DNA of 64,000 bases. It comes from Leucoraja ocellata (lineage: Eukaryota). The stretch is taken from positions 2,852,001 to 2,916,000 of the forward strand of contig JAWMAR010000216.1 in NCBI GenBank assembly GCA_036785375.1, written 5' to 3'. The notes beneath the pieces are model-generated. The model made no database searches. It saw only the letters and a program-made list of their open reading frames with translations, and had not been told where the DNA came from. The stretch's first letter is position 1. Each line of letters starts with the position of its first letter. Below are positions 26,901 to 41,300 of this stretch, in pieces. A program made the position numbers and the translations under genes.

Positions 26901-29900
26901 ATATTTATATCTGAAATGAAAAATATTTTCAACAATTGCCTTTAAAGTTGTTTCAACATACCTTCAAGTTTTCTGATTCGTTCAGCTCTAACATCAAGTA
27001 GTTGCGCATACTGTTCCAGTTTCATCTCATATTCTCGATCATTATCTTCCATTTTCTTGGTCACAGTGTTAACCTCATTCTAAAAATGTGTCCAAGAAGA
27101 AAAGTAGATAATTACATACTTTCTGATTATACTATTATGAAAATAAATCGAAGTTAATATTATTTCAGAAAATAATGTCAAAATGTTACATTTTGGTGGC
27201 CTCTGTACAATTGTGCTTACCAATATTTCACATGTGACTTAAAACAGAAACTGTATTCAGCTTCAATACTGTTCATTCCCTGTTTTTTTTTTAAATTTGA
27301 TTTGTTAAATAATTCAATTTATTATTTTAAGCTTTTAATTGAAAACTGAATTCAAACGGAGTTCAAATTTAGACATTGGTTACAGTTCATTCATTAATTA
27401 ATCACAATCACTGGTGGCAATTGATTTAAGTAATTATCAAAATTTATAAATCTCTGGCAGATGGCAATACTTGGCTTCAGGTCCAGCAAAAGTACAAAAA
27501 ATGTTGCCTTGTTTAGAGGAGATTTCCTTAGTATTTTTTTCAAATACTCCATTTGAATGAAATTCTGAAGAAGGCCTGAATGCGGGACACAAGACTGGCT
27601 TTTTGCTACTTTGGTAGTCTTCAAATGTAATTTTGCTCAGTGCACCAAACTGGTGGAAATATCTACAGGTTATACAGTGAAAACAAGGCTATCTCTATTG
27701 TAATGCTCATTGTGAAGCATTGGCCATAATAACTGTTTAGTTAGAAAGCCTAATGTATTGTGGAACAGAGCAAACTTGCCAGGTATCTGCAATAATACTG
27801 CAGATCACCCCTATCATGGACTGCATCTGTAAGATCTATGTTTATATACCTTCAACTGGTTTGTATAATGTGGATTGTTCTGGTTAAGATTCAAAACAGT
27901 ATTATTATAATTGTGCTGATACAAGGCTCCATGCTGTTTGCTAACAAAGCAACAATATAAGATTCATTATACAGCTACTCCAGCTCATAAAGAAAGGAAC
28001 TATCAATTTACTCAAATTTTATATTCACGTGCAAATTCCAGCATTTGATAGTACGTAAGACTATCCAATAGATTTTTTGCAAAAATCCATTGCAATGATT
28101 AAGTTTATGAGATTAAAAATTTCTGGTAAATCAATTTAACTGCTACGAAGAAGCATTCAAATTTTAAGAGTGGTTTAAATGAGAAAGTTTACAAGGCAGG
28201 GGAAGAAAAATCGACTGGTGAGGATATCTTTGAATTTAAAAGACCCATGTGAGGCACTACATAATTCACAGATTTCCTCAAGTGGGGTTGTTTTAAATCA
28301 GTTAGATCACTTCAGGATGTATAGAGTAAAATCATACATAAATTTAATACAAAGATTATACTTTGAAAACCACTCGCTTAATTCAGAAACAAATAAAATC
28401 AAAACCTAAGCTTGGCTGCACACATGGTGGCATTTCAGTTTTATGTGCATGGATTTCTTGATCATTTGTAAAGCCACAATTCTGTAGAAATAGTGATTCA
28501 TAAATAATAATTATTGATTTGTCTGGTCACAAGTTAAATAGACTGTCTTACAGAATCTGAATTATGTTTCTTATTCCTTCTCATGCACATTTACCTCTTC
28601 ATTACAGTTGTTATGATAAATTGAAGATTATTTGGTGCCACTATTCATATAAATATACATTATTTATATTCTGTAAGGACCTCTTTTGCATTATATATAA
28701 TTAGTTGTTTTCATAGTGAAGCTAGATTTCAGTTACCATATATTATCTACGATATTTAATACAGTGAATCTGATGGGATTTTGTAAAGAGCACATAGAAT
28801 TCAAAAATAAATTACATTTTATCAAAAGACCGGTTATGAACTTGAAATGATTTCATTCCCTTTCACTCGGCTTAAAGATGAAGTTAACTGTCGAAGTAAA
28901 ATGATACTATTAACATGCCTGGTGATGAATAAGTATGTCTATTTAATCTTTTTTCTAAAGCCCTGGCATGAAAAGAAAACCAATAGCCTCACTTATTACA
29001 AAAAAAATACATATAATTAAATTACTTTATTTTTCTGCTACATAGCAATTTTAGATAGCATCCAGTCACATTACAAGAAAACATTTTTTTTATTATTAGA
29101 GCAACTGTTGCTACTCATATTTTAATGTTCCCCTACTTTCTCTTAATTGCTTTCTTTAAAAAGAATTCCCAGGAAGTTTAGGTTTACTTAAAGACTCCTT
29201 TCTCTGCTTAAAAATATAGCTACAGTACATTACGAATTACACAAAAGCTAACATTGATTTTCTGCCTCATGAATTGACAGAAGTCGTCCAATCTACTTTT
29301 CATTAATTTGTAAATGTATCAAATAGGCAACATATTTAAGCCTCTTCTAAATATTCAAATTGCCACTTGTCTAATTATTTCCACATTGACAATACGTGGC
29401 AGTCACGCTTCTGGAGCTTCCCTTCAAGTTTAGTACATCTGCGAATGAAGAAAAATAGAATGGCTTAACAGAAAATAGATTTTTTTTCAGTAGCTTAGTC
29501 CTTTTTTAGTCCTTTTTCACAAGATTGAAATTTAGAGTGAATGAAACGGAATTTTACCTACTTATGATCTACATCTATTATGATTTTTGAACTCATTCAC
29601 TTGCAAAAATTATGTTCCTCAGAATTAATAAACAAGGTGCAAATCCCTACAAATCATTTAACATGTTTACATTCTGAAGATTTGTACTTGGGAATTTAGA
29701 AAGTGGCTCAATCATAAAAATCAGAAACAAAGTCACATCTCGTCACTGATTTTCACTTCTTAGTACATGAAAAATGGATGAGAAACTTGCTCAAAATTAC
29801 TTTCAGAGAATTTCTTGCTGATCTTTGGCCTCACTCACTTTGTGACCAGGTCTAAGATGGTTTGAACTGTATTTGAAAACTGCAGTGCCAGAGGATGATG

Positions 29901-32900
29901 TACTATTTGTTTAAGAAGGAACTGCAGATGCTGTACTATTTTCTGGCCTCAACATGCACTGGATTCTGAGCCCCCAACATATGCATAGAAAGCCAGCAAG
30001 GAGGATGTCAACTTGGCTTGCATGGGGAATGCCTTTTAAAATGTCCACGGGGTTTTAAATGTAATTTAAAAATATTCCTACAATTGTTTCATGAACCTTT
30101 ATGCTACTTGCTTTTATTTTTTGCTTTTTCAGAAGATCATTCTAAGACAAGTCTTAGAGAGTATCAAGAATTAATAAGGTAAATCCGTGGGATCAAAGTG
30201 ATCAAGAAATTAAAAATCAAGGAAATCCAAGGGAAAGTGGCACTTTGAATTCAAAAGTGGTTCAGGACTCGATAGTAAAGGTCAACAGGATAGTTAGCTT
30301 TATGGGCAAAGGCATGTCTTGAGTGTACGAAACAAATTAGAAACAATGGGCGGCACAGTGGCACAGCGGTAGAGTTGTTGCCTTACAGCGTTGCAGCGCC
30401 GGAGACCCGAGTTCGATCCCGCCTACGGCTGCTATCCGTACGGAGTTTGTTCGTTCTCCCCACGACCGTGTGGGTTTTCTCAGAGATCTTCGGTTTTCTC
30501 CCACACCCCAAAGACGTATGGGTATGTAGGTTAATTGACTTGGTGTATGTGTAAATTGTCCCTAGTGTGTGTAGGATAGTGTTAATGTGCGGGGATGGCT
30601 GGTCGGTGCGGGCTCGGTGGGCCAAAGGGCCGGTTTCCGCGCTGTATCTCTAAACTAAACTAACTGCCTGTTTATTCATAAAATGTTAGTGTTGTTATCA
30701 CGATCAGTTGGTCTGTCCTAGTTACTATCGCAAAACAAGCTGACTCTGATATTACTGTATTCAGCTTCAGAAAATTTGCTCGTCTGAAATTAGGTATTTA
30801 AAATTGTCTCTCATTGTGCATTTAAAATCATAAACTTTAATCCACATGTGGCACACCTAATCAACAATAATTTCTGACTTAATATGGAAAATATGTCAAT
30901 GCACTCATGAGGAAGAAAATGTCAACAGGCTGATGATAATGCTGAGGGAGAAATGACAGAGCATATGCCAATTATTGTATTAATATTTCCATTCAAGTTT
31001 CCAGCCACATAGCTAATTTCTTCATGGCATTCCTCATTTGCACCATGTCGTAAAAGTGGTATTATGTTTGAAATATTTGCTCTATCTTTTTAATGTAGAA
31101 AACTACCTGATAGTCTTTATTAATCTTGTATTGCATAAACAGCAGGTTTCTTGTCTTTTCAAGTTCCTGAACGGTCTCCGCGTGCGTTGCCTGAAGCTCT
31201 CGTATGGAGATCTCGGAATCCTTACTAATGCTGTCCTCCACTTTCTCCATAAATTCAAGATTTCCATTTTCCTGATGCTTACGAACCTATAACATAGATA
31301 AAAGTATGCGACTGGGTAAAGACAAATCCTCTCTTCTAGGCAGCTTTGTTCGACTAGTTACAAACAAAATCAACTACAATTTTAATGGTCAAGTGGAAAT
31401 TAGTGAAGAAAATCAAAAATGTAGACGCTGAAAATCTGAAATGATGAGAACGGTCATTAACAGGCAAGTGTGAATATCCAGAGAAAGAAATCACATTCTA
31501 GGATGAAAATCTTATATCAGAAATGGAGAAAGTTAGAAATTAAGTATGTTTAAGGAAGTGGGTTCACACAAAAAGGGACAGATGCAAAAAGGTGTTCGTG
31601 ATAATAACGAAGGCAAGATGGATTTAATAACCAAAGAGATAATGAGCATAATGGGTTGAGTTAATAAACAACGGATACAAAGAGGAATTGCTGCAGTATT
31701 ACTAGCCAAAAGAGAGGCAATTGTTTTACGGGAGGCACAAGAGACTGCAGATGTTGGAATCTAGAGAAAACAAAATGGCTGGGGCAAGTAGCATCTGTGG
31801 AGACAAAGCAATAGTCAATGTTATGGGTTGAGGCCCTGTTTGAGGACGGGGAATTGTTATAATCTGCGATTGCTGAACTTATTTGGAAAGACTGTAAACC
31901 ATGCATCTAAAAGGTTGAGATGTTGTTCCTCAATTTTATGTTGAGCTTCACCAAATGTGCCTGGCAGTACAGGGTAGGATGATTAAGAAAATCAAAGTGA
32001 CAAGTGAACTTGCATCTGAACAAGAGGGGCAAAGTGAGAGGAGCAAAGATTAAAGGAGATGTGCAGGACAAGGATTTTTTACACAGAGAATAGTGGGTGC
32101 CTGAAACGTTTTACCAGGAATGATGGAAGCTTTTATGACTGTGGCATTCAAGAGGCTTTCAGAGAGGCACATGGAAATTCAGGAAACGGAGAGATATGGG
32201 TCGTGCAGGTAGAGTTGATTAGTTTAACTTAGCAACATGCTCAGCACAGTTATTGTGGGCTGAAGGGCCTGTGCATTTGCTACACTGTTCTATTACCTTA
32301 TAATTCTGATCTGACCTTCAGATTCCAAAAAGATTGCAGTGCTTTAATAGTGAACAACCACTCTCAACAATACGAATATAAATATATGCAGAACTTTTGA
32401 AAATGCTCTAATTAATTGTTATTATGTAAATTAAACACCAACTAAGTCAAAATAAACTAAATACCGCTTTTCTCTAACAAATTTTCCCTTCTCTTTTTGA
32501 GGTTTTTTGTTTATTTGGGCTGCAATAGGCACTTGAAGATCACCAATGAATTGGCCTCTTGAAATGCTAGTCACTGCAATCAGGGCATATAAGGGTCAGA
32601 TTGTTATTAGACCACAGAGCAGACGTGAATTGGAAAAGGGATCAACTTCTTTACAGTACCTTTATGAGCATCAGTGCTTCACTAAGTTCAGCCACATCAA
32701 TATCACTCTCCTGAAATTAAAATAGTCAATAAAAGGCCTTATTAAATGGAAATGAATAATACAGGCATAACTGAAAATGACATAGTAGATTCTCACCAAA
32801 TATGACATTTGGCTTGAATATCATGAATAAATAAACTATCACATTTTTACATTCTCTTTTTTGAGGCTTTATGATGCATAAAACTAGTATACTTATGACA

Positions 32901-35247
32901 TGCATAAAACATTTCAAGCATTCCACTGTCACAATCTAGCTGATATAAATTGAGTTCAGGTAGGTAAGCATCTTACTTTGGTGAAAAACTTCATGCGATC
33001 TTTTAGTTCATCCAACTGTTGCTTGTGTTCCAGATAGTGCAACTGGAGTTCTTTGTTCTCCTGGGAGAGTCGTTCGTTTTGCGCTGACATTCGTCCAAGA
33101 ATAAACGGAATGATGCAAAAGTAAACCCAGACAACAATGCGTTAAAATAAAATGTAATCATGACAGTGGTAAAGGAAATCAAGCATGCAGAAACTCAAAT
33201 GCTGACCACAATTCCTTCAGAAACGCTGAGGGAAATTTTCCCCCAAGTACTGCATATATACAGCACGCTCCATAATGTTTGGGACAAAGACCCGTCCTTT
33301 ATTTATTTGCCTCTGTACTCCACAATTTGAGATTTGTAATATAAAAAAATCACATGAGGTTAAAGTGCATATTGTCAGATTTTAATAAAGGCAATTTTTA
33401 TACATTTTGATTTCACCATGTAGAAATTACAGCACTGTTTATACATAGTCCCCCCCCATTTCAGGGCACCATAATGTTTGTGACACAGCAATGTCATGTA
33501 AATGAAAGTAGTCATGTTTAGCATTCTGTTGCATATCCTTTGCATGCAATGACTGCTTGAAGTCTCAGATTCATGGACATCACCAGTTGCTGGGTGGCTT
33601 CTCTGGTGATGCTCTGCCAGGTCTGTATTGCAGCCATCTTTAGCTTGTACTTGTTTTGGGGGCTAGTCCCCTTCAGTTCTCTCTTCAGCATATAAAAGGC
33701 ATGCTCAATCAGGTTCAGATCGGGTGATTGACTTGGCCACTTTTTAGCTTTGAAAAACTCCTTTGTTTCTTTAGCAATATGTTTGGGGTCATTGTCTTGC
33801 TGTAGAAAGAACCGCCGGCCAATGAGTTTTGAGGCATTTGTTTGAACTTGAACAAATAGGATGTGTCTATACACTTCAGAATTAATTATGCTACTACCTC
33901 TACCATCAGCAGTTGTATCATCCACGACAATAAGTGAGTCAGTACCTTCAGCAGCCATACATGCCCAGGCCATACCAACCCCACCATCGTGTTTCACAGA
34001 TGAGGTGGTATGCTTTGGATCTTGGGCAGTTCCTTCTCTCCTCCATACTTGGCTCTTGCCATCACTCTGATATAAGTTAATCTTAAGGTAGACAAAAATG
34101 CTGGAGAAACTCAGCGGGTGAGGCAGCATCTATGGAGCGAAGGAATAGGTGACATTTCGGGTCGAGACCCTTCTTCAGACCGTTAATCTTAATCTCATCT
34201 GTCCACAAGACCTTTTTCCAGAACTGTTTTAAGTACTTCTTGGCAAACTGTAACCTGGCCATCCTATTTTTGCGGCTAACCAGTGGTTTGCATCTTGTAG
34301 TGTAGCATCTGTATTTCTGTTCATGAAGTCTTCTGCGGACAGTGGTCGTTGACAAATCCACATCACAGAGGATCTGACATGGACAACACACGCTGCCACA
34401 ATGCTGAGTAAGGCAAGGCAGCGCCTTTACCACCTCAGGCAGCTGAGGAAATTCAGAGTCTCTCTGAGGATCCTTCAGTGCTTCTACTCTGGGGCTGTAG
34501 AAAGCATCTTGTCCAGCAACATCACAATCTGCTTTGGGAACTGCTCTGCCCAGGACAGGAAGGCTCTGCAGAGTAGTGTGTTCGGCCGAACGCATTATGG
34601 AAAACTACACTCGCCCCCCTGCAGGACCTATACATCAGAAGGTGTAGATCCAGAGCCAGCAACGTTATGGGGGACCCCGACGACCCCAGCAACGGACTGT
34701 TCCAACTGCTACGGTCAGGCAAATGCCTCCACTGTCATGCTGTGAAAACAGAGAGGATGAGGCGCAGTTTCTTTCCACAGGCTGTCAGGACTGTAAACTC
34801 TTATTTCACAAGGGATTAATTTACTGTACTAATTTACTGTTGTTGTGTCTTTTTAAAATTGTTGTTTTTTTTTCTAACATGTAAATATTGATTCTGTTCT
34901 ATTTTGTTCTGTAGTTTTTGCACAATCTGCAGGCATTGTCACTTTCATTTCACTGCACATCTTGTATGTGTATGTGACAAATAAAGTTGATTTGACTTCT
35001 TTGACTTTTATTGGCACCACTTTGGTCCTCATATTGATAAACAGCAATAAAAGTTTCCAAAGGTGATGGTAAGACTGGTGGAAAAACTAAGTGCTGCATT
35101 ATACCTGCATTAAGGAGCCAATTAAACACACCTGAGCAATTACAAACACCTATGAAGCTATGTGTCCCAAACATTATGGTGCCTTGAAATGGAGGGGGGA
35201 CTATGTATAAACACTGCTGTAATTTCTACATGGTGAAACCAAAATAT

Positions 35248-35306
<59 letters not shown>

Positions 35307-38300
35307 TAATTTATTGCCACACAACCAGGGTCGGTGGAAATTTGGGTTGTCAGCAGCAGTACAATAATAAAGAACACACAACCACAATAAAACTGCAATA
35401 CAAACATCCACCACAGCAATCATCACTGTGGTGGAAGGCACACAAATTGACCAGTCCTCCTCCATTTCCCCCCCCCGTGGACAGGACCAGAGTCCAGAGT
35501 CAGTCCAGGATCGGCTCTTCCTCACTGGAGACCGCGGTTTTAAGATGGTGTAGGCCGATCGGTCGAGATTTAAAGACTCCGCCGCAGCCAGAAGCACCGT
35601 AGACCGCAGGGCCGGCGGTCGAAGCTCCCCTCCAGGGGTGATGGTGAGTCCATGCCGGACCCGTGGTAGAAGTAGGCCGCGGGCTGGCAGTGATGGCTTC
35701 TTCTTCCCCCGGGTCCCCCACGAGGGATCCCGGGCTGTAGACGCCGCACCAGCTGGAACTCTGCAGACCGCGGCTTCAGGCTGCCGGCAGCCCCGGGCCA
35801 GCGAAGCGCTCCCCTCCAGCGAGGGCTCACCCGCTCCACAACGAGAGTCCACGCTGCGCCCGCCACTGAAGCCCCCGGGCGCGTCTTCGGGAAAGGCCGC
35901 GCCGATCCTTGATGTTAGGCCACGGGGGAGGCGACCTGAAAAAACTCGCCTCTCCATGGAGGAGGCGACCGAAGCGGTTTCTCCCTTACCCCCCCACACA
36001 AAACACATGAAGGAACATTAAATACATACTTTAAAACATACTAAAAAATAAAAAAAGGTTGAAAAAACTGATGGCTGCTGCCAGAGCAGCGCCCCCTACA
36101 TATAAAAATTGCCTTTATTAAAATCTGACAATGTGCACTTTAACCACATGTGATTTTTTATATTATAAATCTCAAATTGCGGAGTACAGACGCAAATAAA
36201 TAAATGATGGGTCTTTGTCCCACACATTATTGAGGGCACTGTAGCTCTTAGGGCTAGCAGAATCAAGGGATATGAGGAGAAAGCAGGAACAGGGATGATC
36301 AGTCTTGATCATATTGAATAGCTGGCTCAAAGGGCCGAATGGCCTACTCCTGCAATTATTTTCTATGTTTCTATGTAACAAAATGGTAAACCTGTTCTTT
36401 GGAAGCAGATTTATAAATTTATTACAACGTAGGAAAATATTTCCCTCCCAATAATTTTATAGCATTTCTTCATGTGTTAAGATAAGCAATTAAATTTTCT
36501 CAGGCACTGCAAATAATAATTGTGATTTTAAAAGATAAGTATCTTCCACCCGAAAGTTTTAAAGAAGCTCTGCGCCTTGTCATAAACATTTCTTTGAAAA
36601 GCTGAAAAATGGTATTAGAGTAATCATGATATACTGTTTTCTTAAAATGATATAATAATCACAAAACGTCATTGTTTCACATGATTTAAGTGCAGGTGCA
36701 ACATAGTTGATATTGGTTCACCTATTCTTTGTATGCTCTGCCTCATTTTCAATTGAAGGGAACATGGGTCGGTTCAAAAATTCAATTCTTATTCAGTTAA
36801 TTAGGGACAATTCTTTCCAAAAAAAAGATAGTTTAGCAAAAATGATTAACAAAATATATATTTTTAGATTAATTTGTTCTGATCATGATTGTCTGATTCA
36901 ACTTGTCAATAATAGATGGAACGGATAGTCCAGGGAGGCATAAACATAACCATTATATCTGATTTACTGCCATAAAATGAGCCAAAATGGCACAATTTGG
37001 AAGGCAATCTACTCTGTACAAGTCCATCAGAAAAATACCTGGGCCCAGATCAAATCAAGCCATTTTATAGGCATTTGGATATTCATAAGGCTTATTCTAA
37101 TATGAATGTGGCTGCCAAAAATGGCATTAGGTTCCTTACATATGTACATAAACATCAAATGAATCTCCATAGATTATTGAAATAACACAGAGTTTCATCT
37201 GCAGGAGACTACTACACATGAATACACATTGGTAATAATAAAATATAATATAATTTCAAGAACTGCTAAACGTGTTCATAAAAATAAATACACTGGAACA
37301 TAAATGTATATCATGTAAAACAGTTAACATTTTGTAATCAAAACTCAAAAAAACTACAGATGCTGCAAAACTGAAATAAGAACAGAAAATACTCAATACG
37401 TCAAGCTGAATGTGTGGAACGAGAAATGGAGTTAACCTTTCAAGTTGATGACCTTTCAAATACATTGTACCTGCTATTATTTACTCCGCTCAAATAATCA
37501 GACATTTAAACTCTGTAATTATCTACAAGGATAAATATATTTGTTAATAAAACTATCATTTCTATCTTGTACAATTTTTGTGAAGTCTGCTTTTAAGCTT
37601 TGTACCTACTGCCTGTACAGACTTTTTTATTTAAAGAATAATATATCATAATTATTCTGTACAGACACATACAATTAAAACCATGATACAACTTCAGGGT
37701 TTTATGATGCTGACAGTGCTCTTCTTGAATGATCTAACATGTTACAGATGCTTATTTCATAAACCACTTTAATCCCTTCTATTAAGACATAAACACACCA
37801 ATGTTGTGGAATGCTGTGTTGCAAATGCCATTTTGGAAAACAAACTGGCTGTTTGGTACCTCACATCAATTTTACATCCTATCGTGTTGTCCTACAAATT
37901 CTACTGCCCATAAAAATGGGAATTTCTGTAGCAAGCTATACTATAGTGCAGTAGGCCTGGGACAACATGCAGTTTAGAATAGACCATCCAAATATCCACA
38001 GAGGCATTTCCTCAGAATCTCCTGCCACTGTGGAAAGTGGGGACCATAGTGGAAGTGGTTGGGGACAAACAAGTTATGGGAAAATGATCAATTGGAAAAC
38101 TGACATTAGGGGAAAGGATGGGTGGAGGTTTATCATGGGGTGACTCTGAGGAAGACACAAGGTGGACTAATGCAGAAATGAGTGTAGCCCAAAGCTGGGG
38201 AGATGATCAGTATGTGCCGCAAAAACATCTCAAGAGACCGGATATATTGGCAGGAAAATATTGGCAGGGTAGGAATGATTATGCTATCCTACTACACAGA

Positions 38301-41300
38301 CAGGTCTTTGTTTTAGGTTTAATTTGCTGTGGTTCTGAACTGATTTCGCAAAGTTTGACTGTTTTCTTTGGAGTTGGTTTGAACGATTGCAAATAATAAA
38401 TACCATGTTGGCACAATTTTCATACAATGGGCTTATGGATTTTTAAAAAACTTGTATGCAAGACAAAAGTTAACTTTAGACTTTAGAGGTACAGTGTGGA
38501 CACAGACCCTTCGGCCAACATAGTCTGCGCCAACCAGCAATCAACCCGTATATTAACACTATCCTACACACTAGGGACAATTTGCACAAACCAATTAACC
38601 TGAAAATCTTTGGAGTATAGGAGGAAACCGGAGCACCCAGAGAAACCAAAGGACCACGTTCAAATTTCGTACAGACAGCACCCGATGTCAGGATGGAACC
38701 CGGGTCTCTGGCGCTGTAAGGCTGCAAGTCTACCGCTGCGCCATTGTGCTGCCCTATGTTTTATCTTATGGTATCTTTATACTTTAACATTTTAGTCAGG
38801 TTTAACTATGAGACCAGCTTTTTTTAATGAAAGATCCTTCCACCTGTAATGATAACTGTTTCTCTTTGCATAGATACATCCTGAGCTGTTGATGCTCCAG
38901 AACTTTTTATTCGCATTTCACAATTACAGTATCAACAGTTTTTTTCTTATTTTCATTAAGTATAATTATGCTGTGCTGGAAAGATTCTAAAAACTGATAT
39001 GAAAACAAATAAGCATTAGCAGTTATAAAGATAATAAATAGATTTCAAACTTTATATCGTTGGCAGCTTTCTAAATGAAAAGGGAGTTTAACTTAACACC
39101 ATTTTTTTGCATAACTTTACTACCAGCAATAATTAAACTGTTGTGTTGTGACAATTATTTTTGATGCTAACTCTATAATCTGGAAATTAACTTCTTATTT
39201 TCCCAGATCTTCGTATTTGGAAAAGACCAGGGATGAATGCAATATAATTAACTTTCATCACTCCTGCATTTTCACTGTAATTTATTAATAGTTTGCTCTC
39301 TTTCTCAGTTTTAATGAAGGTCTTTGACCAAGAATTTTAACTCAGTTTATCTTTCCGCAGAGGTTGCCCCGCCTGCTGAGCAACTCCAGCATTTTCGGTT
39401 TTTATTTCAAATTTCTGGCATTTGTAATTTTTTTGATTTTCAGACATGGGGTATTCGGTAATGACTGCCAATGTTCAGTTGTTTTCACAATTCCTGAGGA
39501 GAAGTATCCACACCTGCACAAAGCAAGACCCTGATGACGCTGATGCATGGGGTGATGATTGGCAAGTAGCATTCACGTCACACATAAGTAAGCCAATTAC
39601 TATTCTCAAAAGAGAAAGTGTGAGCACCTATCCTTATGTTCAATAAAATTACTACTGCTGATTCTGCTGCCATCAAAATAATATTGAACATCGCTAAAGA
39701 GCAAAGAAATAAGAGTGGCTATCCTGCAAGTGACCCTACTCCTGACAACTCATTGTCTTTCTATCAATAGGGCACGTCAAGAGTGTGATGGAATAGTCTC
39801 CACTTGCCTTCAGTAGTTTAGTTCCAAGAACACTCAAGGAGCTTAATACTATTCAGCACAAAACAGCGTACTTGATTGGCATCCTGTCCACCACAAACAT
39901 TCATATTCTCTCCAACGGTGTTCTGTGGCTGCAAAGTAACCCATTATAAAATGCCATGTCGTGACCTACCTGTGCTACTTTGGCAGCATCTTCCAGCATG
40001 TTGGTATGACCATACCAAGGAGGATAAGAGTAACAGACAAATGGGAACACCATTGCTCTGCAAGTCATCGTGGCTTGGGAATATATTGCCAACCCTTCAT
40101 TGTGGAGGATCTAACTCCTGGAACTCCCAACCAAACAAAGTTGGTTCACCATCACTAGAAGGACTGCAGTAGTCCATGAAAGGCAGTTCATCACCACCTA
40201 TTCACAGCCAATTTGTGATTGATAATAAATGCTGTCTTTGCCAGTGACACCAGTATCCGCTAAATGGAAGAAAAACAAGTTCTGTCTAAGATATTAGCTT
40301 CTGAAAGCATTGTGAAAATGTGTTCCTCGCATGGGCAGCATACAATGAACCAATAGTTTACTACCCACATGCATTGTTTTTTTCACTGCTATAATTGAAG
40401 TTATTTACAATAACAAACAGATGTAAGCAAAAAGGAAACATTGAAACAATCATCCCTGTGGTAAGCATTTGTGTATGCAGATTTTGCAAGCTTCATTTAT
40501 TTCAGATGCAAAGATACCTCTTTCTAGTTTAATTTTGTCCAAGATATCATTTTTGTCAGCCAGGTCGGATTTTAGTGCGGTCTCGAGCTGTACAATCTGT
40601 AATTTCAGCTGCTGCTCCTTCAACTTCCACTGTTGTTCGTTGGTCATGTCAAAAGCACTGTAACCAAACATGTGGCATGTGAGGAACTATTGGATGTAAT
40701 CCTCCACAGAGAATAATAATTAAAATAAAAAAGCCTTAGTGGCACAAAGACTGCTGTCATCATGTCTCAGGAATTAAGCAAACATATGCTGGTCTGCTGC
40801 TGTTGAAACCAAGGCGCCTTGCTCAGACTGCGGTTAAATCACATGAAAGGGTTTGTGGGATGAGCAAAGGGACTGGCCTTAATTTAGAGATCTATAGCCA
40901 GAAAAAAATTGGCATCACTTGGATCTGTGGGACAAGGAAAGGAATTCAACTATAGACTCCCAGCTGAATACATAGATCCAAATTATCCAACAACAGGGGA
41001 TATGCAAAACCATACAAGTCCTTATATTCCCTCAATATAAATAACACTCACCATCCACCTGATTGCTTTTTAAGGGGTTGTTAGGGATGCAGCTGCTGGT
41101 TGAAAGGAAATGAAACCACAAAGCACTAGTGTTTTTAAATGCCTGAGACATTGTGGCCCGTAGAATGATTGCTGTGCATGTAAAATGTGGCATTTGTCTT
41201 ATTAAGAAAGATGGCAAAACCGAGAAACATTGTTCAATGGAAGTTGTTTTCTGACATGCACTTAAAGGAAAGAAAAATGTCTCTGCAGATGAATAAGACT

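Larger units (their letters stand above)
33518..35032 (-). pseudogene. Disrupted Tc1 transposase
   Basis: ATG near 35032 ([12 protein letters not shown]). Interrupted by a LINE and a Penelope insert. The second-D-to-E spacing is 29 aa instead of the Tc1-typical 34, consistent with a 15-bp deletion. Confidence 0.88.
33261..36241 (-). mobile_element. Tc1-family DNA transposon (IR/DR type), inactivated, with three nested insertions
   Basis: TA|cagcacgctccataatgtttggga ... ttattgagggcactg|TA. The ~227-bp TIRs carry inner direct repeats (cataatgtttg). Transposase motifs: [32 protein letters not shown]. Confidence 0.95.

Noticed and set aside
35226-36021. Long overlapping ORFs (up to 260 aa) in the GC-rich repeats, also at 8-310 and 2555-3469
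   Set aside because: They are open in several frames on both strands because high GC depletes stop codons, have no domain motifs and are not conserved in frame between copies.
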